A stretch of 35,467 bases of DNA, taken from NCBI RefSeq assembly GCF_004010195.1, contig NC_057720.1, positions 323,636 to 359,102 on the forward strand, written 5' to 3'. Of this stretch, positions 1-12,700 are shown piece after piece. The DNA comes from Chiloscyllium plagiosum. Taxonomy: Eukaryota. A program made the position numbers and the translations under genes. The notes under the pieces are model-generated. The model saw only the letters and a list, made by a program, of their open reading frames with translations. It was not told the origin of the DNA and made no database searches. Within the stretch, counting starts at the first letter, position 1. Each line of letters starts with the position of its first letter.

Positions 1-494
1 GTGAACACTGTGTGGATCGCTGTCGTGAACACTGTGTGGATCGCTGTCGTGAACACTGTGTGGATCGCTGTCGTGAACACTGTGTGGATCGCTGTCGTGA
101 ACACTGTGTGGATCGCTGTCGTGAACACTGTGTGGATCGCTGTCGTGAACACTGTGTGGATCGCTGTCGTGAACACTGTGTGGATCGCTGTCGTGAACAC
201 TGTGTGGATCGCTGTCGTGAACACTGTGTGGATCGCTGTCGTGAACACTGTGTGGATCGCTGTCGTGAACACTGTGTGGATCGCTGTCGTGAACACTGTG
301 TGGATCGCTGTCGTGAACACTGTGTGGATCGCTGTCGTGAACACTGTGTGGATCGCTGTCGTGCACACTGTGTTGATCGCTGTCGTGCACACTGTGTGGA
401 TCGCTGTAGTGCACACTGTGTGGATCGCTGTCGTGCACACTGTGTGGATCGCTGTAGTGCACACTGTGTTGATCGCTGTCGTGCACACTGTGTG
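1..494. repeat. 24-bp minisatellite (GTGAACACTGTGTGGATCGCTGTC)n, about 20.5 copies, truncated by the window start
   Basis: 15 identical units at 1-360, then GTGCAC variants. Confidence 0.97.
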
Positions 495-717
495 GTTCAA
501 TGTTGGTGATTATCGGTTGATGGAACGCTGTGAGACACATGGCGCTGGGCTCTGCCACATGGTGCAGAGTTAGAGCAGCCTGGGCTTGAGGCTGGGACAG
601 GATCTTCCTGAGGAATGTTTTACTCTTGACCAACTGGCCAATTACACTGGCAATATGATCGACATCAGTGATTGGCTGAATAAATACTGGGATCCATCAA
701 TAACTCTCTCTCCTTAC

Positions 718-771
718 CCTCGCTCCTTTTTCCCCATTTGAGCCAGGAAATCCTGGGAATCCTGTCGATCC
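718..771 (-). CDS. Collagen exon, 54 nt, [18 protein letters not shown]
   Basis: Acceptor gttttcctcAG, donor GTAAGG; not captured by the ORF track. Confidence 0.95.
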
Positions 772-3700
772 CTGAGGAAAACAAAGCAAATGATGTGAGG
801 ACAGAGATGGTGAAGATCAACAGTGGTACAATTAGAAGGAGATCATTGCAGTTTCTGAGTTTCTGGCTCAGAATAACGTTCCCCGACAGACCTGTCCTAT
901 CAGCTCACTCACTGGTCAACAACACAAACCTACTCTCCTTTCAAACCATCCAGACCCCAGCAGGAGGATTGTGTCCGATCCTGGGCCCTGCTCTTTCAGG
1001 AGGATGTCAGGGTGAGGAGAGCGAGCTGAGGTGATTTACTGGAATGGGATCAGGGATGAGGGACTTCAGTGAATGTGGAGAGACTGGAGAATCCGGGATT
1101 GTTCTCCTTAGAGCAGAGAAGGTTCCGGGGGGTTTAACCGAGGTGTTCAAAATCATGGAGAGAGTTTGATGGAGTAAATCAGGAGAGAGTGTTTCCAGGG
1201 GCAGGAGGGTGAGGGAGCAGAGGGAGACAGATTGAAGGGAATCGGGGAAAGCCCCAGAGGGGGATGGGAGGGGAGGGGGATTGTTTTACACAGTGAGTTG
1301 TTGGGATCTGGAAGGTGCTGCCTGAAAGGGCGGTGGGAGCAGATTCCGTACACTTCCCACTGCCTTGGGAAAGCAGCCAACATAATCAAAGATGCCTCAT
1401 CCTGGTTATATCCTTTTCCACCTTCTTCTGTTGGGCACAAGATACAAAAGTTTGAAAATATGTACCAATAGATTTAAGAATATTTTCTTCCCAGCTGTGT
1501 ACTTATCAATGTACCTCTTATATATTAGAGTCAATCTTTCTCTGCACCTTCTCTGTAGCTATACCACTATAGTCTGCATTCTGCTCTGTTATCCTAATGT
1601 GTTTATGTAAGGTATGATTTGTCTGGATAGCACACTATACAATATTTTTCACTGTATCTCAGTAAATGTGACAATAATAAATTAAGCTAAATCAAATCAG
1701 TAATAACTTTCAAAAGGAAAAAGAACATTGCAGGAGGCTACAGGGTAAGAGGAGAGAGTGTGGCTTTAATTAAATCGATCATTCAAACAACCAACACAGA
1801 ATTGATGGGCTGAATGGCCCCTTCCTGTGCTCTACGATTCACTAACCACAGAGTTTTCATTGATCAATAAACTGGGGCTTTCAACATGTTGTTGGATGAT
1901 AATTTGGAAAAGGAACAGTGTGGGTGGAAAGAGAGAAGATGGCTTGCTTTAAGCCAAGTCTTACAGCAGACAGCAGGTGGGCAGAATGGCCTCATGTCAC
2001 TCTCTGATTCACCCACCAATGTTATTCTGATTTCACAGTGAACAATAAACCCTCTTCCTGACTTCTGCAAACTCTGGCAGTTCTAGTTAACATCTTTCAA
2101 AACCAATAAAATGTAAACAAGTTTCAAACATTCCCAGGGAATCATCAGATCATTGGAAATTCACTGCATTTTTAATCAGCAAGGAATTGAATCACTTACC
2201 AGAGAGTCTGAAAGCCCGATTGCATTTGGAAGATGAGAACATTATTAAATGATAAGTCAAGGGGATAGATCGTACATGGTACAATTTGAAAGATGCAGGA
2301 ACAGAGACACCTCATGGTTTGAACAGAAAGATCAGAGCAGGCTGATTCACAATGTGCCTAACAGGAGGAGTCATTCAACCTCAATAACTCCCCTCAGTTA
2401 CTCTTCTCTCCCCTGCCTCGCCCCTCTCTATTTCTAGAATGTTCTCCAACCCCATAGCTGTCTGATGTTTCCATGCTCCTCTATTCCAAATCTTTTGTAC
2501 ACCTTCATTTACAATCACTCAATCATTGGTGCTTATATCTATAGCTACAAGAGTCCCTGTCAGACACTGTTGAAGATCAACCCCATGTCCAAATATCCTC
2601 ATGAGACTCAGTGTCAAATGTTGCTGCTACCAAACTGTATCAGGATATTATTTGACCTTAAAGGCTGTATAAAAGTTACAGGGTGGATGGTGAGCAAATA
2701 GATTGCAGATACACAGCTGTGTGTGCATACCAGCTCCACCCAGAAGGATCCTCATCGATCAGAATCCTCTGCCTGGAATTGGGGGTGAGAGCTGTTTGAG
2801 GGTAAATTCACATTTGAAATGTGGGAGTTTTTCAAAGGCTATTGATGATAGTTCAGGACTAGCATGCTCCTGTAAGGATGAAAGATAAAGATGAAAAATG
2901 TGTTGCTGGAAAAGTGCAGCAGGTCAGGCAGCATCCAAGGAACAGGAGAATCGACGTTTCGGGCATAAGCCCTTCTTCAGGAATGAGGAAGGTGTGCCAA
3001 GCAGGCTAAGATAAAAGGTAGGGAGGAGGGACTTGGGGGAGGGGCGTTGGGAATGCGATAGGTGGAAGGAGNNNNNNNNNNNNNNNNNNNNNNNNNNNNN
3101 NNNNNNNNNNNNNNNNNNNNNNNNNNNNNNNNNNNNNNNNNNNNNNNNNNNNNNNNNNNNNNNNNNNNNNNNNNNNNNNNNNNNNNNNNNNNNNNNNNNN
3201 NNNNNNNNNNNNNNNNNNNNNNNNNNNNNNNNNNNNNNNNNNNNNNNNNNNNNNNNNNNNNNNNNNNNNNNNNNNNNNNNNNNNNNNNNNNNNNNNNNNN
3301 NNNNNNNNNNNNNNNNNNNNNNNNNNNNNNNNNNNNNNNNNNNNNNNNNNNNNNNNNNNNNNNNNNNNNNNNNNNNNNNNNNNNNNNNNNNNNNNNNNNN
3401 NNNNNNNNNNNNNNNNNNNNNNNNNNNNNNNNNNNNCAGGGGGCAGGGTGGGAAGAGGTGTAATCTAGGTAGCTGTGGGAGTCGGTCGGTTTGTAGTAGA
3501 TGTCTGTGTTGAGTTGGTCGCCCAAGATAGAAATGGAGAGGTCTAGGAAGGGGAGGGAGGAGTCTGAGATGGTCCAGGTAAATTTGAGGTCGGGGTGGAA
3601 GGTGTTAGTAAAGTGGATGAACTGTTATGCCCGAAATGTCGATTCTCCTGCTCCTTGGATACTGCCTGACCTGCTGCATTTTTCCAGCAACACATTTTCC

Positions 3701-6700
3701 AGCTCTGATCTCCAGCATCTGTAGCCCTCACTTTCTCCTGCAAGATAAAGTTGACAAGATTCAGAAACCCTGGATGGTGAGAGACATTGAAAGTTCAGTC
3801 AAAAAGGGACAGAAAATATCTACCAGATTAAGGAAACTGAAATCAGACAATCCCTTGAGGAACATAGAGGTAGCAGGAAGCAACTGAAGGAATAAAATCA
3901 GAAATTGCTGGAGAAACTCAGCAGATCTGGCAGTATCTGTGGAAAAAAGGCAGACTCATAATGAGTCACCAGACTCAAAACACCAACTCTATTTTCTCCC
4001 CACAGATGCTGCCAGACCTGCTGAGTTTCTCCAGCAATTTCTGATTTTATTTCAGATTTGAAGTATTCACAGTTCTTTGTTTTAGATTAGATTACATTAC
4101 AGTGTGGAAACAGGCCCTTTGGCCCAACAAGTCCACACCGACCCGCCGAAGCGAAACCCACCCATACCCCTACATTTACCCCTTACCTAACACTACGGGC
4201 AATTTAGCATGGCCAATTCACCTGACCCTGCACATCTTTTGGACTGTGGGAGGAAACCGGAGCACCCGGAGGAAACCCACGCAGACACGGGGAGAATGTG
4301 CAAACTCCACACAGTCAGTCGCCTGAGGCGGGAATTGAACCCGGGTCTCAGGCGCTGTGAGGCAGCAGTGCTAACCACTGTGCCACCGTGCCGCCCACTT
4401 ATTTAAGTTTAAAAAAGGAATTCGGAGGTTTAAAAAGGACCATGAAATGTCCTTGGCAAGTGGGATGAAGGAGGATTCCCAAGGCATTTTATTCATATAA
4501 TAGGAGCAAGAGGGTAGCGAGGGAAAGGATTGGTCCACTCAAGGATAAAGAAGGGAATTTGTGTGTGGAGCCAGAGGAAGTGGGTGAGGTCCTTAATGAG
4601 TATTTTGCATCAATATTCACTAAGGGGAGGGGGATAGTGATCTTCTAGGGTATGTCGATATTAAGAAGTAGGGGGTGTTGGGTGTCTTGAGAAACATTAA
4701 TATATTTATTTCCCCAGGGCCGGAAGGGATCTATCCTAGGACGCTGAAGGAGACACCGTAGGAGATTGGTGATGTCTTGACAGAGATCTTTGTATCCTCT
4801 TTAGCCACGGGTGAGGTCCTAGAAGATTGGAGATTAGCCAATGTTGTTCCTTTGTTTAAGAAGGGCAACAGGAATAATCCACAAAATTATAGGCAGCCCA
4901 GCATTATGTCAGTGAATGGGAAAATAATTGGAGAAGACTCTCAGGGACAGAACTTGCATGCCTTTGGAGAAGAATGGACTTACTCGGGATAGTCAGCACA
5001 GCTTTGTGTGGGGTTAGCATGGTTTATTAGGGATAGTCAGCACGGCTTTGTGTGGGGTTAGCATGGTTTATTAGGGATAGTCAGCACGGCTTTGTGTGGG
5101 GTTAGCATGGCTTATTAGGGATAGTCAGCACAGCTTTGTGTGGGGTTAGCATGGTTTATTAGGGATAGTCAGCACGGCTTTGTGTGGGGTTAGCATGGCT
5201 TATTAGGGATAGTCAGCACGGCTTTGTGTGGGGTTAGCATGGCTTATTAGGGCTAGTTAGCACAGCTTTGTGTGGGGTTAGCATGGCTTATTAGGGATAA
5301 TTAGCACAGCTTTGTGTGGAGTAGGTCTTGCCTCACAAACCTGATTGAGTTTTTTGAAGAAGTGATGAAGATGATTGGTTGAGGGTAAGGCAGTGGATGT
5401 TGTCTACAGTAATTTTACTAAATTATTTGACAAGGTCCCCCATGGTAGGCTGGTCTAGAAGATTTAAAAACTTAGAACATAGAACATTACAGCGCAGTAC
5501 AGGCCCTTTGGCCCTCAATGCAGCACCGACCTGTGAAACCAATCTGAAGCCCATCTAACCGACACTATTCTATTCTCGTCCATGTGCCTATTCAATGACC
5601 ATTTAAATGCCCTTAAACTTGGTGAGTTTACTACTGTTGCAGACAGTGCATACCACACCCCTAATACTCTCTGAGTAAAGAAACTACCTCTGACATCTGT
5701 CACCTTTCAATTTAAAGCTATGTCCCCTTATGCTAGCCATTACCATCCAAGGAAAAAGGCTCTCCCTGTCCACCCTATCTAACCCTCTGATTATCTTATA
5801 TGTCTCTATTAAGTCACCTCTCAACCTTCTTCACGTTAATGAAAACAGCCGCAAGTCCCTCAGACTTTCAACATAAGACCTTCCCTCCATACCAGGCAAC
5901 ATCCCGGTAAATCTCCTTTGAACCCTTTCCAAAGCTTCCACATCCTTCCTATAATCCAGTGACCAGAACTGTACACAATACTCCAAGTGCGGCCGCACCA
6001 GAGATTCGTACAGCTGCAGCATGACCTCATGGCTCCGAAACTCAATCCCTATAAATAATAAAAGCTAACACACTGTACGTCTTCTTAACAACCCTATCAA
6101 CCTGGGTGTCAACTTTCAGGGATCTATGCATATGGACACAGTGATCTCTCGGCTCATCCACACTACCAAGAATCTTACCCAACACCAGGTTATAGTCCAA
6201 CAGGTTTATTTGGAGGCGCTAGCTTTCAAAGTGCTGCTTCTTCACCAGGTGTTTGTGGAGCAGAATGATAGGACACAGAATCTATAGCAACAGGATTGCA
6301 GTGTCATGGAATGCAATATTAAACAAATTTAGCTTGAGTCTTTCACTCACACCCCCACACAGACCCTCTCTCATACACAAGCTCCATCTCATATGCACAC
6401 AGATACACACCTCGCACTCACACCAACACACACACCCTCTCACACATGCCCCATCACACTCACACACACACTTCACCAACATTACATACACACATATACA
6501 CACACACTCTATCACGTGCACTCCCACCCACACACTCACACTCACATGCACACACACTCTGTCGCTCCTACATGCATTCACATATAAGCTTATCGGGTGA
6601 ATTTGTTTTTGCAGAATTACATTATATTTTGCTCAAAAATTGCATGAATCCATGTAAAACTCTGCAAAACTACACAAAGGGTTTGTCAGTCTGACATAGC

Positions 6701-9700
6701 ATTGGGACACAGACAGACTTCACACCTATTGGTTAAAAAGCTGAGCGGGGTTAGTGGTGCTGGAAAAGCACAGCAGTTCAGGCAGTATCCGAGGAGCAGT
6801 AAAAAGTATTCCTGATGAAGGGCTTTTGCCCAAAACGTCGATTTTCCTGCTCCTTGGATGCTGCCTGAACTGCTGTGCTTTTCCAGCACCACTCTGATCC
6901 AGAATCTGGTTTCCAGCATCTGCAGTCATTGTTTTTACCTAAAACATTGAGCTAACTTGAGAATATAATTTAAAAGAAGTTCTGGGATTTACATATCAAA
7001 GAACAGGAACCAGCATATCCCATTCTAAAAGATGAAAGGTTTAATCTAAGATTGTTTACTGTATCACATCTCTCTGACAGTGGACTCCTTTGGCTATAAA
7101 TTTTGTGAGCATGATCTTAACCTCCACACCAACCTGATGAAAGAGCAGCGCTCTGAAAGCTAGTGCTTCCAATTAAACCTTTGGACTATAACCTGGTCAT
7201 ACAGTCATAGAGATGTACACATTGGAAACAGACCCTTCGGTCCAACACATCCATGCCGACCAGATATCCCAACCCAATCTAGTCCCACCTGCCAGCACCC
7301 GGCCCATATCCCTCCAAACCTTTCCTATTCATATACCCATCCAAATGCCTCTTAAATGTTGCAATTGTACCAGCCTCCACCACATCCTCTGGCTGCTCAT
7401 TCCATACACGTATCACCCTCTGTGTGAAAAAGTGTCCCCTTAGGTCTCTTTTATATCTTTCTCCTCTCACTCTAAACCTATGCCCTCTAGTTCTGGACTT
7501 CCCCAATCCGGCACGGTGGCACAGTGGTTAGCACTGCTGCCTCACAGCGCCTGAGACCCGGGTTCAATTCCCGCCTCAGGCGACTGACTGTGTGGAGTTT
7601 GCACGTTCTCCCCGTGTCTGCGTGGGTTTCCTCCGGGTGCTCCGGTTTCCTCCCACAGTCCAAAAAAGACGTGCAGGGTCAGGTGAATTGGCCATGCTAA
7701 ATTGCCCGTAGTGTTAGGTAAGGGGTAANNNNNNNNNNNNNNNNNNNNNNNNNNNNNNNNNNNNNNNNNNNNNNNNNNNNNNNNNNNNNNNNNNNNNNNN
7801 NNNNNNNNNNNNNNNNNNNNNNNNNNNNNNNNNNNNNNNNNNNNNNNNNNNNNNNNNNNNNNNTTCCAATAGGAAGGAGACCAGAATTGCACGCAATATT
7901 CCAACAGTGGCCTAACCAATAACATGTACAGCTGGAACATGACCTCCCAACTCCAGTACTCAATACTCTGACCAATAAAGGAAAGATTACCAAACACCTT
8001 CTTCACTATCCTATCCACCTGTGACTCCACTTTCAAGGAGCTATGAATCTGCACTCCAAGGTCTTGTGTAATTTTAACTTTGTCCACCCCAGTCTAACAC
8101 CAGCAGCTCCAAATCAAGAATCTTACCATTCGCCCGGTACTCTGCATTCCTGTTGCTCCTTCCAAAGTGAATCACCTCACACTTTCCCACATTAAACTCC
8201 ATTCGCCACCTCTCAGCCCAGCTCTGCAGATTATCTATGTCCCTCTGTAATCTGCAACATCCTTCTGCACTGCCCACAACTGTACCGACCTTAGTGTCAT
8301 CCGCAAATTTACTAACCCATCCTTCTACGCTCTCATCCAGGTCATTTATTAAAAATGACAAACAGCAATGGCCCCAAAACAGATGCTTACGGTACACTAC
8401 TGGTAACTGAACTCCAGGATAGAACACTTCCCCTCTGTCTTCTTTCAGCTAGCCAATTTCAGATCCAAAATGCTAAATCACCCTCAATCCCAAGTCTCTG
8501 TATTTTGTGCAATAGCCTAACGTGAGGAACCTTTTCAAACACTTTACTGAAATCCATATACACCACATCAACCACTTTACCCTCATCCACCTGTTTGGTC
8601 ACCTTCTCAAAGAACTCGATGAGGTTTGTGAGGCACAACCTACCTTCACAAAACTGTGTTGACTATCCCAAATCCAATTATTTATCTCTAGATGATTATA
8701 ATTCCTATTTCTTACAATCCTTTCCAACACTTTACCCACAACTGAAGTAAGGCTCACTGGTCTATAATTATCAGGGTTGTCTCTACTCCCCTTCTTGAAC
8801 AGGGGAACCACATTTGCTATCCTCCAGTCTTCTGGCACTATTCCTGTAGACAATGACGACATAAAGATCAATGCCAATGACTCCAGAATCTCCTCCCTGG
8901 CTTCCAAGAGAATCCCAGCATAAATCCCATCCAGCCCAGGGGTCTTATCTATTTTCACAATTTCCAGAATTGCTAACACCTCCTCCTTGTGGACCTCAAT
9001 CCCATCTAGTCTAATAGCCTGACTCCACGCACAACTTCCCACTACTGTCCTTGACTGGCCCGAATCTTACCCTCGTCATTCTTTTATTCCTGATATACCT
9101 ATAGAAAGCTATACGGTTGTCATAAAGTCATAGAGATGTACAGCATGGAAACAGACCCTTCGGTCCAACTCGTCCATGCCGACCAGATATCCCAACCCAA
9201 TCTAGTCCCACCTGCCAGCACCCGGCCCATATCCCTCCAAACCCTTCCTATTCATATACCCATCCAGACACATTTTAAATGTTGCAATTGTACCAGCCTC
9301 CACAACATCCTCTGGCAGCTCATTCCATACACGTACCACCCTCTGTGTGAAAAAGTTGCCCCTTAGGTCTCTTTTATATCTTTCCCCTCTCACCCTAAAC
9401 CTATGCCCTCTAGTTCTGGACTCCCCAACCCCAGGGAAAAGACTTTGCCTATTTACCCTATCCATGCCCCTCATAATTTTGTAAACCTCTATAAGGTTAC
9501 CCCTCAGTCTCCGACGCTCCAGGGAAAACAGCCCCAGTCTGTTCAGCCTCTCCCTGTAGCTCAGATCCTCCAACCCTGGCAACATCCTTGTAAATCTTTT
9601 CTGAACCCTTTCAAGTTTCACAGCATCTTTCCGACCTTAATCCTTGATCCTAGCTGCCTAAAACGTCTCATGTCCCCTCCTGGCTCTACTTAACGCTCTT

Positions 9701-12700
9701 TAGGTCTTTCCTGGCTAACGTCTAACTCTCAAGTGCCCTAACTGAGCCATCACATCTTATCATTACATAAACCTTCTTCTTCCTCTTGACAAGAGCTTCT
9801 ACTTCTTTAGTAAACCACGGTTCCTGCGCTCGACCACTCCCTCTCTGCCTGACAGGTACATACATATCAAGGACACGCAGTAGCTGTTCCTTGGATAAGC
9901 TCCACATTTCAATTGTGCCCACCCCCTGCAGTTTCCTTCCCCATCCTATACATACTAATCTTGCCTAATCGCATCATAATTGCCTTTCCGCCAGCTATAA
10001 CTCTTGCCCTGCAGTATACACCTATCCTTTTCCCATCACTAAAGTAAACATAACCGAATTGTGGTCACTATCACTAAAGTGCTCACCTACCACCAAATCT
10101 ATCACCTGACCAGGTTCATTACCCAGTACCAAATCCAATGTGTCCTCGCCCCTTGTTGACCTGTCAACATACTGTGTCAGGAAACCCTCCTGCAGACATT
10201 GGATAAAAACTGACCCATCTAAAGTACTCGAACTATAGCATTTCCAGTCACTATTTGGAAAGTTAAAGTCCCCCACAACAACTACCCTGTCACTCTCACT
10301 CCTATCCAGAATTATCTTTGTTGTCCTTTCCTCTACATCTCTGGAACTATTCGGAGGCCGATAGAAAATCCCCAACACAGTGACCTCTCCTTTCTTGTTT
10401 CTAACCTCAGCCCATACTACCTCAGTAGACGAGTCCTCAAATGTCCTTTCTGCCACCGTAATACTGTCCTTGACTAACAATTCTGCACCTCCTCCTCTTT
10501 TATCACCTTCTCTGATCTTACTAAAGATTAATCACTGTGGATCCATGGTGAGTTGGTAAGTAAAAAGACAGAGGTTAGTCATGGAGGGGTGTTTTCTGAC
10601 TGGAGGTCTCTAACCTGTGGTGATCCACAGGGATCAGTGTGGGGACTTCTGCTGTTTGTAATTTATATAAAATATTTGGATGAACATGTCAACTGTCTAA
10701 TTAGTAAGTTTGCAGAAAGCAGGAGGATTGGTGGAGTTGTGGATAGTGAGGAAGGTTATCAAAGGATACAGCAGGATATAGATACGTTGGGAAAGTTGGG
10801 TGGAGAAATGGCTGATGGCGTTTAATCCAGACATGTATGAGGTGAAGAAATTTGGGAGGTCAAATACAGGAGGAAGGTATATAGTAAATAGCAGGACGCT
10901 GAGGAACATTGATATCCAGAGGGATCTTGGGATGGAAGTCCATAGCTCCCTGAAAGTGGCAACTCAAGAGGATAAGGTGGTAAAGAAGGCATATGACATA
11001 CTTGCCTTCATTGGTCAGGGCATTGAGTATAAAAGTTAGCAAATCACATTGTAGTTGTACAAGGCCACATTTGGAGTATTGTGTCCAGTTCTGGTTGCCA
11101 CACTATAGGAAGGATGTGGAGGCTTTGAAGAGGGTGCAAAAGGAGTTTACTGTCTGGATTGGAGGGTATTCGTTATAAACAGAGATTGGACAAACTTGGA
11201 TAGTTTTTGTTAGAGTGTCAGAGGCTGAGGGGGCAAGCTGACAGAAGTTTATAAAATTATGGGAGGCATGGATCAGGTGGCTAGTCAGAGTCTTGTAGAT
11301 AACATTTGTGAAGGTACAGGTAAATTTCTGTCAGATGTGGAAGGCTCCTTTAGGGCCTTGGACGGAGGTGAGGAGTTAGGTGTGGGTGCAGGTTTTGCTT
11401 CCTGCGGTGACAGGGAAAGGTGCCGGGAGTGGGGTGTGGGCTGGTGTTGGGAGCGTGGATCTGACAAGGGAGTCGTGGTGGGAATGGCCTCTTCGGAACG
11501 CTGATAGGGTTAGGGAGGGAAATATATTTCTGGTGGTGGGGTCTGTTTGCAGGTGACGGAAGTGGCAGAGGATGGTGTGGTGCATCTGAAGGTTGGTGGG
11601 GTAGAAGGTGAGGATAAGGTGGATTCTGTCCTTATCACAGTTGGAGGAGTTGGGTTCAAGGGCGGAGGTGTGGGAAGTGGAGGAGATGCGCTGGAGGGCA
11701 TTGTCAACTACATGGGAAGCAAAATTGTGATTAGATTAGATTAGATTAGATTAGATTACCTATAGTGTGGAAACAGGTCCTTCGGCCCAACTAGTCCACA
11801 CCAACCCGCCGAAGAGTAACTCGCCCAGACCCATTTCCCTCTGACTAAAGCACCTAACGCTTTGGGCAATTTAGCATGGCCCATTCACCTGACCTGCACA
11901 TCTTTGGACTGTGGGAGGAAACTGGAGCACCCGGAGTAAACCCACGCAGACAGTCACCCAAGGCTGGAATCAAACCCAGGTCCCTGGTGCTATGAGGCTG
12001 CAGTGCTAACCGATCTTTGAAAAAGGAGGCCATCTGGGATTTTCTATGGTGGAACTGGTCATTCTGGGAACAGATGCAGCGGAGACGGAGTGTTGGGAAT
12101 AAGGGATGGCGTTTTTACAGGAGGCTGGATGGAAGGAGGTGTGGTCCAGGTAGCTGTGAAAGTCAGTGGGCTTGTCATAGATGTCTGTGATTAGTTAGTT
12201 GCCAGAGATGGAGATGGAGAGGTTCAGGAAGGGGAGGTAGGTGTCTGAGATGGTCCAGGTGAATTTGAGGTCAGGGTGGAAGGTCTTTGTGAAGTTGATG
12301 AACTGCTCAACCTCCTCCTCGTGGAAGTACGAGGTGACGCCAATACAGTCATCAATGTAGCGGAGGAAGGGCTGGTGTAACTCCAGAAGATGGACTGGTC
12401 CACGTACCTGACAAAGAGACAGGCATAGCTGGGGCCCATGCGGGTGCCCATGGCTAACACCTGGGATAAATGTGAATTTCACCAGTTTCCTCATTTCCCC
12501 TCCCCCTAACATTATCCCAGTCCCAAGTCTCCAACTCGGCACCGCCCTCTTGACCTGTCCATCACCTTCCCACCTATCCCGCTCCACCCTCTTCTGCGAA
12601 CTATCACAGTCTCCCCCTGCTGTGCTTTCCCAGCATCACTATCTCTGAATGAGCCCAAAACATGAGGTGAGGAAACTCCCCCCTCCACCACCACCACCAC

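Larger units (their letters stand above)
6180..8114. mobile_element. PLE family-B insertion with inverted pLTR segments and a CA-rich region, itself interrupted by other elements
   Basis: 13-bp TSD CAAGAATCTTACC at 6167-6179 and 8115-8127; 6185-6300 is inverted relative to 7075-7197; the pLTR end resumes at about 8065. Confidence 0.8.
5470..10524 (-). mobile_element. Inner CR1 LINE, most of ORF2 (APE endonuclease plus RT plus 3' tail), decayed and interrupted
   Basis: [22 protein letters not shown] endonuclease (10022-10480), [35 protein letters not shown]; (TTCTATG)n-type 3' tail at about 5470. Confidence 0.92.
2778..11292 (+). mobile_element. Outer decayed CR1 LINE ORF2, fragmented by nested insertions (pieces at about 2778-2890, 3742-3885, 4405-5467, 10525-11292)
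   Basis: Collinear CR1 motifs: [59 protein letters not shown]. Confidence 0.85.

Noticed and set aside
1..573. 190-aa and 165-aa repetitive ORFs (VNTVWIAV / DRCREHCV) or a CRISPR-like array
   Set aside because: These are translations of a 24-bp tandem repeat. There are no unique spacers or cas genes, and the context is a vertebrate intron.
2194..2210. Consensus donor CTG|GTAAGT on the minus strand
   Set aside because: The nearest acceptor gives an 8-nt frameshifting exon with a poor pyrimidine tract; isolated donors are expected by chance.
4986..5319. CRISPR-like regularly spaced repeat
   Set aside because: The units are contiguous with no spacers and derive from CR1 sequence.
6218..6248. 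Additional hammerhead motifs (also 6812-6839, 24048-24075, 17990-18019)
   Set aside because: The catalytic cores are mutated (CUGGUGA, AAAA, UUGAUGA, or a deletion), so they are not called as functional ribozymes.
7509..7580. tRNA gene
   Set aside because: The A and B boxes run straight into the V-SINE core, so this is a SINE head. The same applies to 4325-4396.
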